64,000 bases of DNA from Phaeosaccion multiseriatum (lineage: Eukaryota; Protista; Ochrophyta, other classes): contig OZ218951.1 of assembly GCA_965112735.1 (NCBI GenBank), forward strand, positions 4,526,001 through 4,590,000. Direction: 5' to 3'. A model generated the notes under the pieces. It searched no databases and was not told where the DNA came from. It worked only from the letters and a program-made list of their open reading frames with translations. Below are positions 1 through 9,895 of this stretch, in pieces. Each line of letters begins with the position of its first letter. Position 1 is the first letter of the stretch. The position numbers and the translations under genes are program-made.

Positions 1-169
1 AACAGAAACGGGGCTGGAGAGGAGGGGAGAGGAGGGGAGGGGAGGGGTAGCATGACAAGGGCACCTCTACCCTACACACCACATCACACCACACCACAAT
101 ACACAAGGTGCCACATGTGTGCGCCCTCTGCCCATATGCCTACAGGTGCCTATCTTTCTCTCGCCTTAC

Positions 170-1827
170 TTGCATGAGTGCCATTATCTCTGCCAACCTG
201 CCCCCTGCCGCACTCTCCCCGTCGTCGTCATTGTCGAAGAGCTGGATGCCCCGCTCGGGGTCGAAGCAGCGATAGGCCATGATGTTGTGAGTGGCTCGTG
301 AGACCTTGTTGTTTGTCAGGAGGGACTCCAGAGCGAGCTCGACCTGCATGGAAGGTGGGTGGGTGGGTGGGGGGGAGGGGGAAGTGGGGGGAGTGAAGGG
401 TGGGAAGGGAAAAGGGAAGGAGAGGGGAGAGGGGAAGGTGAAGTGGGGGGAGGGAGGGAGGGCAAGGGAAAGGGGAAGGAGAGGGGAGAGAGGAAGGTGA
501 AGTGGGGGGAGGGAGGGAGGGGAAGCGAAAGGGGAAGGATAGGGGAGAGGGGAAGGCGAAGTGGGGGGAGGGAGGGAGGGAGGAGTGGTTCAGAGTGCGA
601 GTGCGTAGCTTGTATGTACCGGTGTGTGTGAAATACACACAGAGAGAGAGGTAGATAGACAGATAGAGAGGCAGAGAGAGAGAGAGAGAGGGAAAGGTGG
701 CCGACGCTCACAAAGTCTGCAAGGGCGGAAGAGAGGGAGACCAGATAGAAAAACTCCCACGCACGCACGCACCCACCTGTCTCTCGTTGGTGACCGCAAC
801 GAGGTGGGCTTGAAAGGTGCTCTTGCGATCAGTGAAGGGCTTGCCGTGCTTGAACATTTCAATTGGAATCAAGTCATCGCTGCCATTTGCAAAGACTCCA
901 GTCCCATCAGCAGGCGACTGCTGCGGCTGCTGGTGCCACCCCAACGTTTGGTCCTTCTCGTCTGCCTCTCCCCTCCTGCTCCCCTCATCGCCCTCTCCCT
1001 GCGCTGCTGCATCGCTTCCGTTCTCTAGCTCTTGCTCCTCCTCCTGCTGCTGCTGCTGCTGCTGTTGAGGGTCTCCCTGTTCTTCATCTTCAGGCGGGGT
1101 ACATAAGCCCATCTCCAGCAGCTTTTCCCGCACCATCTCCACAACCACATAGATAACAACACTCCCCTTGTTTTCCTGGACCAGAGCTTCTACAGCTGTG
1201 TGTCGGGCCCGGCGGAGGCAGGGAGGGGGGGGGGGGGAGCGAGGAGCCCAGAGACGCAGAGGTAGACACACTTTTAAGTCAAGACGAAAGAGGAACACAC
1301 TCAACCAGACGACAGAGAGGAGTGGTAGGGGTTCATCATTCCTCCACCCTGCGCTAAGTCTCTCGCCTCTCTATCTCTGCCCCTGCATTTCGGTGGCCCA
1401 TTCTCTTCTTCCTCTGTCTCCATCACCTTGGTTGAGGATTGTGAGATTGCTTCGACTCACGGCTACGGAGCGCACCAGGCACTCTCTTGGACTCGAAGCG
1501 CTGGGGTAGTCCGGGCCCAAGCGTAGGCATATGCGCACGAGGGGAGAGGCAGCGTTAACGATCACCTCCACCTGAGGGTTGGAGTCGGAGAGAGCACAGA
1601 GGCAGGCTGCTTTTAGGGTAGAGGGACAGCTTTAATTTAATCTTCGTGGGTGCTTCCTGTTGGGAGAACGCTTCCACGCTGCACCTTCTCCCTACCTTAC
1701 GCTCTCCAGCCTCCCCTTCCTCCACGCTGGCGTCGTCTCCATAGATGTACTGCAGGGCCTCGATCTCTTCGAGCTGCTCCTCGTTCACCACGACGGCACC
1801 ATCTTCGCGACTTACTTCAGCGGCCAT
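170..1827 (-). CDS. IMPACT: IMPACT family protein (RWD + UPF0029/YigZ domain), multi-exon, 3' end probably left of the window
   Basis: ATG at 1827 (MAAEV..EEQLEEIEALQYIYG, RWD start). Exon ~1427-1570 has LGPDYPS (RWD YPxxxP-like), exon ~777-1190 has PFTDRKSTFQAH, exon 170-343 has ATHNIMAYR..DDDGESAAGGRL, with GT-AG boundaries. The expected VVVSRW..GG exon is not seen in the window. Confidence 0.88.
375..582. repeat. Intronic purine-rich degenerate tandem repeat (~60 bp unit)
   Basis: Recurring GGGGAGAGGGGAAGGTGAAGTGGGGGGAGGGAGGG-like blocks inside the IMPACT intron. Confidence 0.7.
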
Positions 1828-2429
1828 CCCATGCACTGCGGATGAGGGACGTCCAAGGGCTTCTCCAGGCGGCGAGCGAGCTGCTGGTGGCTCCAAGGGC
1901 GGCTTCCAGGATCCTTTATAGGAAAAAGGGGGAGAATGACGGAAATCCCATTGGTGATACAGGACGCCGCCAGTCTTTAGACTCCCTTCAGTCTTCAGGC
2001 CCTTCTTCAAAGAGCTGCTGGAGCAATCCTTACCCCCCGCCCATGCTTTTACATACCCCCCCCCCCCCGCGTTGACGGGACAGCAGTGAGCGGCTTCTGC
2101 ACAAGTCACGCTCCACACTTGCTCCACCGGAGGGAAAGAGACAGAGAGTTAAGGATGGATGCCTGGGTGCTGATGGAGGGGGTTGGAAGGCGGAAGGCCG
2201 GCGTTGGGTCGATGTAACGGGGGGGATTTACTTTGTGACATGTTGCGAGCGCAGGCAGGCCAGCGAAGCCCTCTTGGCCACAGCTGCAACGGTACCACGT
2301 CACTCTCACGAGATGGCAGCGCCGGCTGAAGCCAGTCAGGCAGAGCCGGCCGCCCTGGTGGGATGGAAGGGTAAGTGTCAGAGCCAGCAGCCGTGATATA
2401 CACACCCAGGGCCAGCCATCCCCGGCCTC

Positions 2430-3211
2430 ATGATTAGAACATCAGCCTGTGCCGCAGTCCTGACCCTTTCTTGTTGTGCCGCCGCCTTTCTCTACCCCTC
2501 CGCCTCTCGGCACCAGCGAAGCTCCAACCATGGGAGAATGCCTCGTCCTCCACGCAACCGTGGCAGATGTTGCCTTTTTGGGTCCCCACGACTACAACGC
2601 GCCAGCGGCGCGAAGCATAAGTGAGCAAGAAGATTGGAATTGATGGGCACCGGCTCTTCCATCTTTCGCGAACTACAAAACGCAGTGGATTTTCAACAGG
2701 ATGGCCGTGCAAGAATCACGGGAGCTGGTGAAGTTTAACTCCACGTGCAACGTCAGAACCGGGGACAGCGATGACATTCAATGGGAACGTTGCCGCCATT
2801 GCAATCGTAACGCAGTGCCTGCCTACAAGCGGACAATCATCACAACGGAGCCGGGGGTCCTTATGCTTACACTCAAGCGCTCCTCTTTTCATAAAAATAA
2901 ATGAAAAGAGGAGCGCTTGAGCGTAAGCATGAGGACCCCCGGTGCCGTTTCTATGAGTGTCCGCTTGTAGGCAGGCACTGCGTTACGATTGCATGGCGGC
3001 AACGTTCCCATTGAATGTCATCGCTGTCCTCACGTCAAGCAAGGTGAGGGTGAGCTGACGAAGGAGTGTGTTGCTCGCTTTTTTCTTAATGCGTCCGTCC
3101 CCCCTCTTCCTCTGTCGCCCGCCCACTCACCAGGTGACGAAGCCGGTCACTTTTCCCGAGACCCTTTTCCTTCCTGTGCAGACAGATCCGGCCGATGACT
3201 CCACCGAGGAG
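2430..3211 (+). pseudogene. Spliced fragment of a ubiquitin-specific protease (peptidase C19/USP), truncated by an inverted duplication
   Basis: ORF 2701-2904 RCRHCNRNAVPAYKRTIITTEPGVLMLTLKR fits the USP CxxC..AxK..I..PxVLx(H)LKRF box. After the hairpin, SSK|VTKPVTFPETL (intron ~3044-3133) fits the following K..VxFP.xL motif. Exon 2430-2620 (hydrophobic N-terminus) splices in frame to 2700. No Cys box or His box seen. Confidence 0.65.
2763..3029. repeat. Long inverted repeat / hairpin 1 (arms 2763-2892 and 2901-3029, 8 nt loop)
   Basis: GGACAGCGATGACATTC...CTCTTTTCAT-AAAAATAA-ATGAAAAGAG...GAATGTCATCGCTGTCC; about 130 bp arms with 8 substitutions and one 1-nt indel. Confidence 0.97.
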
Positions 3212-3491
3212 GTACGTGTGTGTGCGTGTGTGGGTGTGGGTGTGGTGGGTGTGGGGGGCGGCGGCCGTGTGTGTGTGCGCCGCTCTGCCTGAAGGCAACG
3301 AAGAACATAACGGCCCCGGACCCTCCCCCGTCTCCCTTTTTTCAAGATCTTTGCCTTCAGATACTGTAGCTCCTATCTGCTCCCTCTTTCTCACTACCGT
3401 CTCTCAGAAGGCTGGCTGGGAGCCTTGTGTCAAACTCCCCGTCCCTTCCTCTCGAACCTTACTCTGCCCACTCTTGCTGCCCTGCCTGCAG

Positions 3492-4187
3492 AGCCAGGGA
3501 GGTGCGACCGGCATGTCACCCGAGTCAAAGAAGCGCGACACTACATCGGGCAATTCCTTGCGCTGACTCTTTGATACGGCGATTCTCGGAGAAGTGGAGC
3601 TCCGCATGGGGTTGGTGTTCTTGCCGCGCTTGATGCGGAGCTCCACCTCTCCGAGAATTGCAGTATCAAAGAGGCAGCGCATGGGGGAGCTGCGGCAGAG
3701 CCTCAAGCAGGTGAGCTGCGAGTAGCTAGCTTCCTTGTCTGGCCTCTGTCTTCCTGTTCTCGTTGCTTGCTCTTGCTTCGCTCCTTCTTGCTTGTCTTGC
3801 TTAACTCCTCAGCTCGGCTCAGGCCAGCCATGCATGATCTCCTCCTGCCTCGCTCCTCCTCCACAAGCAACAACACCAACTGTCTGCCCCTGCCTGGCTG
3901 CTGTACCCAACACCACCCGCCGCCACCACCGCAGGCCAACGACAACGGCTTCGCCTGGGGATAGGCAACCACGCGCCCGACCGTACTTCTGGGGCAAGAC
4001 GAGAGCTACACCACCTCATCATGCTGCGTCCCTGCCTGCTCAGTCATCCTTCGCAACGTCGGCATCGTCAAAATCGTCCACTTGCACCGAGTGCGGCCGC
4101 GACCAGCACCGAGACGCCTCCGCTGCGAGAGCCATTTTAGTCTGCGCCCTGTACGAGCACAAAGAGTTTTTCGTTTTTCGACTGTAA
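3492..4187 (+). pseudogene. Degenerate Fanzor/TnpB-like RNA-guided nuclease, C-terminal half (RuvC-II region, zinc ribbon, RuvC-III), intron-containing
   Basis: Conceptual translation: RVKEARHYIGQFLALT/fs ~3569/FDTAILGE..MGELRQSLKQ | intron 3711-3934 | ANDNGFAWG*ATTRPTVLLGQDESYTTSSCCVPACSVILRNVG/fs 4064/SSKSSTCTECGRDQHRDASAARAIL. Motif order and spacing match H..A.FL..FD.I, ExYTS..C..C and CxxCG...(D/H)RDxNAAxNI. Two frameshifts and a TAG at 3962-3964; no RuvC-I (D-P-G) motif found. Confidence 0.78.
3559..3681. repeat. Inverted repeat / hairpin 2 (arms 3559-3607 and 3633-3681, 25 nt loop)
   Basis: TGCGCTGACTCTTTGATACGGCGATTCTCGGAGAAGTGGAGCTCCGCAT pairs with ATGCGGAGCTCCACCTCTCCGAGAATTGCAGTATCAAAGAGGCAGCGCA; 4 mismatches in 49 bp. 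Confidence 0.95.
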
Positions 4188-4255
4188 CTAACTCTCGAAA
4201 AACTCTTTGTGCTCGTAAAGAGCGCAGGCCAAAATGGTTCTCGCAGCGGAGGCGT
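4114..4255. repeat. Inverted repeat / hairpin 3 (arms 4114-4173 and 4196-4255, 22 nt loop) over the Fanzor-like 3' end
   Basis: ACGCCTCCGCTGCGAGAGCC...AAAGAGTTTTTCG pairs with CGAAAAACTCTTT...CTCGCAGCGGAGGCGT; 5 mismatches in 60 bp. Confidence 0.95.
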
Positions 4256-4359
4256 GAAAACAACACGGAATCCCCTGATTTGCCCCGGAAAACTCGCTCC
4301 AAATTCCACATCCATCCTCCCTCCCTCCCTCTCGCCTGAAGGAGAGAGAGGGTAAAAGA

Positions 4360-4837
4360 TACAAACGGAGGGAGGAAGGCATGCTTGGACGAGCCCCTCG
4401 ATGAGGCAGGAACTATTGCCCTGTACTCAGCTATGGAAAAGCAGAGGGGCGACATCATTACTCTTCTGCTGCAAGAGGGGGGATCGCCGAATACTCGACA
4501 CCCTTGGGGGGGCTGTACTCCGCTTGTGCTTGCATGCGCTCGTGGGAATGCGGCGATCGTACAACAGCTTCTCTCTGCTGGACCTACATCGGGGCGGCGC
4601 TGGAACTACTCGCAGGAGGATCCTCACTGGCGAAGGCTCTGACAGAAGCGCGAGAGCTCAACAATGCAGGAGCTTCAATTCCTTCTGGCCGCGGACAGGC
4701 AGCACTTTGCGTCACAAAGCGCGTTGGACGTGATGCGGGGCACTGACCGTCTCTTTGGCAAGGAAGGGAGGCTGAAGGTGTCGCAGAGAGAGGTCAGCCC
4801 TGAGGTGCTGCAGGACGTGGCGGAGGAGATGGCATGA
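4360..4837 (+). pseudogene. Ankyrin-repeat pseudogene, internally deleted paralogue of the gene at 47616-48940
   Basis: NGGRKACLDEPLDE..RGDIITLLLQEGGSPN..GCTPL, then a jump to SGAALELL..SLAKALT..HFASQSALDVMRGTDRLFGKEGRLKVSQREVSPEVLQDVAEEMA*. Nearly the same N- and C-terminal peptides as ORF 47616-48650; central repeats missing; frameshifts. Confidence 0.88.
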
Positions 4838-5701
4838 CGAGCTCACCTCCCCGCTCTGCAATCCGACGATGCAAGGGAGAGTAGTCAACCCCAAAAGTAG
4901 AGGCCAGATCGATCTCGATGGTATTATAAGGCTAAACTCCTCTCTCCTGATACATACACAGCTATACCTGAACTATCCATAAAAACACGTTTCTTGAGAG
5001 CACTTGGATCGGCGCGGGACCCGGCCCGCTCCGCCCCTCTCGCCAAAGCACCAAAGCAGCAAGGGGAGGAAAGGAGGGCAGTACGGCGCCTCCAAGAAGA
5101 AAAGAGAAAGAAACTGTCCGTCCTCCTTGCTAGAGAGAAAGAAACCGTCTGTCCTCCTTGCTTGCATGCCTGGCCCACGGAGCGCGAGCTCTCCTGTTTT
5201 TCTCTCTAGGCCTTTTCTTCCTTCCCTAATTTCTTTCATTCCTTTTCCCCTTCCTTCCTTCCTTCCTTCCGCTCTTCCCAACCAATAAATAATGCGCCGC
5301 CAGCCCCCCATCGCCGCGACATTATACAGTCAAATTCTTCGTGCGCGCATTCACCTGCCCACTCACCCACCCGCCTGTGCTGGCTGCCGGCAGTCGCATT
5401 CGGGTTGATTGCTGCCTCCGGATCCTGAGTGCTCACAGGTGCCTCTCACTCTCCATACATGCCAACCAGCAAGCCCCCCCCCCCCCAGCACCCTCTTCCG
5501 GGCCTTTTGGGGAACTTCTTGCTGTGTGCTGCCTTCTTTGCTTGACTCTTGTGCTTGACACTTGTGCTTCCCTGAAAGGGTTCATTGGGCCTCTCTGCCG
5601 TCTCCGCTCTGCCTTAAGTCAAAACCCCCACTAAGGACTGGTGGTGGTTCATAACAAGGACGGCAGCTGACTGGCATGTCGTGACGCTGGACTACTGAGA
5701 A

Positions 5702-6033
5702 TGCTGCTGCCCCGCTAGACCCTTATTACCCGCACAGTGCGACGACTGCTGCTCCTGGTACTGCTGGTGCTGGTGCTGCTGCTAGTACTAATACCGCTAC
5801 TCTTAGCGAGTAAAGTCTACCTACCCAGGTGTGTGTGCTTACTGATTTCTGCTTTTGCTGCTGCTGCTGCCCCGCTAGACCCTTATTACCCGCACAGTGC
5901 GACGACTGCTGCTCCTGGTACTGCTGGTGCTGGTGCTGCTACTAGTACTAGTACCGCTACTCTTAGCGAGTAAAGTCTACCTACCCAGGTGTGTGTGTGC
6001 TTACTGATTTCTGCTTTTGCTGCTGCTGCTGCT
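5702..6033. repeat. Direct tandem duplication, 160 bp period, 2 copies
   Basis: CCCGCTAGACCCTTATTACC at 5711 and 5871; the following ~150 bp are nearly identical. Confidence 0.95.
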
Positions 6034-6326
6034 GCTTCCGCCGCTGCTGCATCTTCCGCCCCCGTAGCTAGAGAGCCCGGAGGAGAAAGCAACACACTGG
6101 GGGTCCACGGACACAGATAGTCCTCCTCCCTCCCCCCCCTATGGAAGTGTGCTGCTGCCGCTGCTGCTGTATCACCAACTGCTGCTGCTGCGCTGGCCAT
6201 GCCTTTGCCCCTTCGCCGAGAAGAGAATACAAGTGGCCAGTGGCTGTCCTTCTCTGCCTGTGCGAATCTCGTCGTCCTCCTCCTCCTCGTCGTCCTCCTC
6301 CCCCCACTCCTGCTCTTGCTCTGTAC

Positions 6327-9059
6327 CTAGAAGCGAACCTCTGTGGGGGAAGGGCCGGTATCGACGAGGGGCACATAGCTCACGCCAAGCAGCTTGGTGG
6401 CCTCGAAACTGTCAGAGGCAGGCCCTGTGTCGCGAACACGATCCACCTGAGGCAGTTGGAGGGAAGAAGGGAGGGAGGGGGGGAGGGAGGGTGTGTGAGT
6501 GCGTGTCTGCGTGCCTGCATGCGCGTGCGTGCGTGCGTGCGTGGAGATTTCAAGGGGGGGAACGTCCACAATTTCCCGTCCTCACTACTCATGCTGTCCC
6601 CCTTGGCGCTCTCTCCTCCTCTACCCCCCCTCCTTGTCCTTTCCTCGACAGTCCTCTCCGTTGGGGTGAGGGTACCTTATACAGTGTCTGTGGGCCGCCC
6701 TGAGGCCCAATCGGGATGAAGAGTCTCCCTCCCAATTTCAGCTGCTCCACCAATTTGATGGGCAGCTGAGGATAAAAAAGTCAGTAAAGGCGGAAAGAAA
6801 GAGAAAAAAGGAGAGAGAGATTGAGATTCTTCTAGCGAGGGAAGGACGAGGCAGTACCGCGTCGTTGTTTAGATACACAGGCTTCTCATCCGGGGAGTCC
6901 CTGCCTCCTCCTTGGTACGCATGGGGGGTTGGTGAGCGCATGCTTCACCCCCATTCTCACTCTCTTGTCCACTTACTTCTGCGGCGGCTGCTCCAACGTG
7001 GATGGCGTCGAAGGGACCCTCCTCCTGCACGCCAAAGCGGCGCATTCAAGAGTGCAGTAGCAGCAGCAGTGGGTTGGTGATACAGCCGCAGTAGCAGCAA
7101 CAGCAGCAGCAAGGGCAGCAATAGCAGCAGCGACAGCAGTTAGTCACACAGCAGCCATAGAGGAAAGTACGTCTAATGAGAGAGTCGGAGGCTGCTTCGA
7201 GCACCTCCACCGCGGAGAGACACACGCCCTCCAGCAATGGTACCTTCCCTCCCCCCCTCCCTCTCTCTCTTCCTCCCTCTCTTCCTCGGCCTCGGCCCAC
7301 CGGTCTGGCCCAGTTGTAGTATTTTCAGCTGGCCTCTCTTCGCTCTCTTCCCTCTCTCCCCCCCCACGCACCCACCTACCTTCCAGCCGTCCCACCCGTT
7401 GCCCACGGCGAGCTTGATCCTGCCCGTGGTAAGTAGAGAGGCGTCGTCGTTGCGAATGTTGCGCTCCGTCATGCCCACGAGCGGCCCCAGGTAGTCCACC
7501 CCGAACACTCTGGCAGTGGGGCAGTGGGGCAGTGGGGCGGGCATGTGGGTATGGGTGAGAGAGAGGTACGACAGGCATAGGCATACGGGCAGAGAAGCGC
7601 AGGTTACAGAGGGAGGGAGGGAGGGAGGGAGGGACGTAGGTGGGTAGATAAGTTGGTAGGTAGGTACGTAGACAGGTACGTAGACATGGAGGTATGTAGG
7701 TGGGTAGGTAGGTAGATAGGTGGGTACAGTGGCGTCCGATATTGTTGGCTGAAGTTTGGCGTTTGTGGTGCTGTTCTCTGTGCTGTTTTGTGTGGTGGTG
7801 GTGACTGATGGTGACTGAACAGCCTCGCCCCCAGCATGCCTCCAAATGTCCCTAGCCCCCCCCCCAAACTGCCCCCCCAAGTCGGCTCACCTCCCCCCCG
7901 GTCCCACGAGCCTGGCTAGTACCGCTGTGAGGTACCCGCTGCCGCACCCAACATCGAGCACTTTTGCATCCGTCTTGCCTGAAGGGAGAGGGAGGGAGGG
8001 AGGGGGAGGGAGGTAGGCGGCTCAAAATCTCTCTCTCTTTCATTTTTCCTGATTCCCGCCCCTCCTTCCTTCCCTCCCTCCCTCCCTCCCTCCCTCCCTC
8101 CTTCCCTCCCTCCAACTCCCTGCCTCCCATCCCCTTGCCCCCTTCCCCCTCTCTCTCGTTCCGGTCGAACCTTCGAGTGCGGGCCACATGATCTCGATAG
8201 CGTGAGCGTGCATGTGTGGGGCGCTGTTGGATAAGAGGGAGGGAGGGAGTCGGTGAGGCAAACGACGAAAACAAAGGGGAGGGGGACGGGGACGGGGAGG
8301 GGCAAGCTGCTGTCATGGCGCGTCGCAATGAGCTAAAATCTAGGCTGTGGACGGTTGGAAGGCCACAATCTCCACGGCACACGGGCCATGATTGCTACAC
8401 ATGATACCTACATACAGAGGGCGATCACACCCCCTCCTGCCAAGCACACCCTTCAGCGACTCTGGCTGAAGTCCCACCGCTTTAACGTGGCGGGCTCTAA
8501 TGCTTCTCTCGTCTCTACACTTGCCGCCTCTGTACCACCGAGCACTACACCCAAGAGAGAGGCCGCCTCTGCTACCGAGCCTACTTTGACTTTGCTCATT
8601 CCACCGCACAGAGACGGGGAGGGAGGCCATTCTCCTCTTCCCTGTTCTTCACCTGATGGTCTGACGATGGCCAATGGGCTGCGATGGGAGGATGTGTCAT
8701 GCGAACAACCCAAAGACAGGAACAGGAGAACAGGGCAAGTTGCTTGTTACGACGGAGGATGGCAGCCTACAGGAGGCCTTGATACGCCCCTCCCGTTCCA
8801 CTCCCCCTCCTCCTCCCCTCCTCTTCCTCTCCTCCCTCTCCCCCCTTATCCTCCTCCCCTCCCCTCCCCTCCCTCCTGTTCCTCTCGTCCCTCTCCTCCT
8901 CCCCTCCCCTCCCTGCCCCACCTGAGGGGCGTCGCTGTAGGCGTTGGAGGGTGCGTAGAAGCCCCTGTCCGTGTCCAGCATGGCCTTGCGGCACGCCTCA
9001 TGCTCCAAGAGATTGCTGTCTGCTCCACACCAAGCAGCACCAACACACCAACACACACC

Positions 9060-9122
<63 letters not shown>

Positions 9123-9624
9123 CCACGGAAAGACTTTCTTAAAATCGGATCCGCAAGATCGGATACATCCGGATACATCCCTTTCTTTACAGCCATAGAC
9201 TATTTTTTATTCACTCATTCAGAAGTCGGTACTCACCCCTCAGCTTTCGGACGAGCTCGGCATTGGATGATCCCGAGCAGTGCCACGGTCCTGTGGACAT
9301 GCGCATAGAGGACGACGGAGGCGTTTTGATCATCAGCGGCGAAGGTGGGGGCGTAGAAGAAAGGGCAGTGGTGAAGGCAAGCGGCCTGGCGAAGCGGGGC
9401 GGAAAGAGAAGAGGCACGCGCATCCTTGCTTTCGGCTGCTGCTGCGGTGGTCTCTGCTGCTTCTTCTGCTGCTGCTGTTCTTGCTGTTGCGGCTGTTCTT
9501 GCTGCTGGGAGTGGAGGAGCCGCTCGTGCGATGGGATCGCGTGCACTGCACCTGTTCCGGCTTGAAGCAGGAAGCCCCCCCCGCAGCTCAGGACGGACAC
9601 GAAGGCGAGCAGCCTACCTTGCAT
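6327..9624 (-). CDS. PCMT1: Protein-L-isoaspartate O-methyltransferase with N-terminal targeting extension, about 9 exons
   Basis: Exons read WHCSGSSNAELVRKLR | SNLL..AMLDTDRGFYAPSNAYSDAPQ | PIGHRQTIS (8653-8678) | APHMHAHAIE (8171-8223) | KVLDVGCGSGYLTAVLARLVG | VFGVDY..VGNGWDGW | GPFDAIHVGAAA | LVEQLKLGGRLFIPIG | LLGVSYVPL..*, covering all canonical PIMT motifs. Start taken as the first ATG (9624). Confidence 0.93.
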
Positions 9625-9895
9625 GACGACGAGGATGAAGACGAGGACGAGCACAGTATAACCTTATCAATCCGTTTTCTTGTCCCCTACCACGATGAGC
9701 TGGGATATAAATATATAAATATCCTAGGGGAGCCCGGCCGGCTCTATCAGACTGACCATTTGGTGCCATATTTCTTCTCCCGCCCGAATCGCTCTCCCTC
9801 CCTCTTTTTCTTTCGCTCCTTCGCTCTCTCTCTCCTTCTGTTTCTCTCCGTGTTTGTGTCTCTCCGTCTCTCTCCCTTTCTGAGAGCGAGGCAGA

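Noticed and set aside
3404-3706. Minus-strand ORF containing FDTAILGEVELR, and minus ORF 4188-4382 containing ASAARTILACALYEHKEFF, as separate genes
   Set aside because: They are the antisense hairpin arms mirroring the + strand Fanzor-like sequence.
5664-5690. GCTGACTG..GTC.TGAC similarity to 27613-27632 as possible element ends
   Set aside because: Too short and degenerate to distinguish from chance.
8355-9308. 317 aa plus-strand ORF
   Set aside because: Antisense to PCMT exons and introns, low complexity, no domain.
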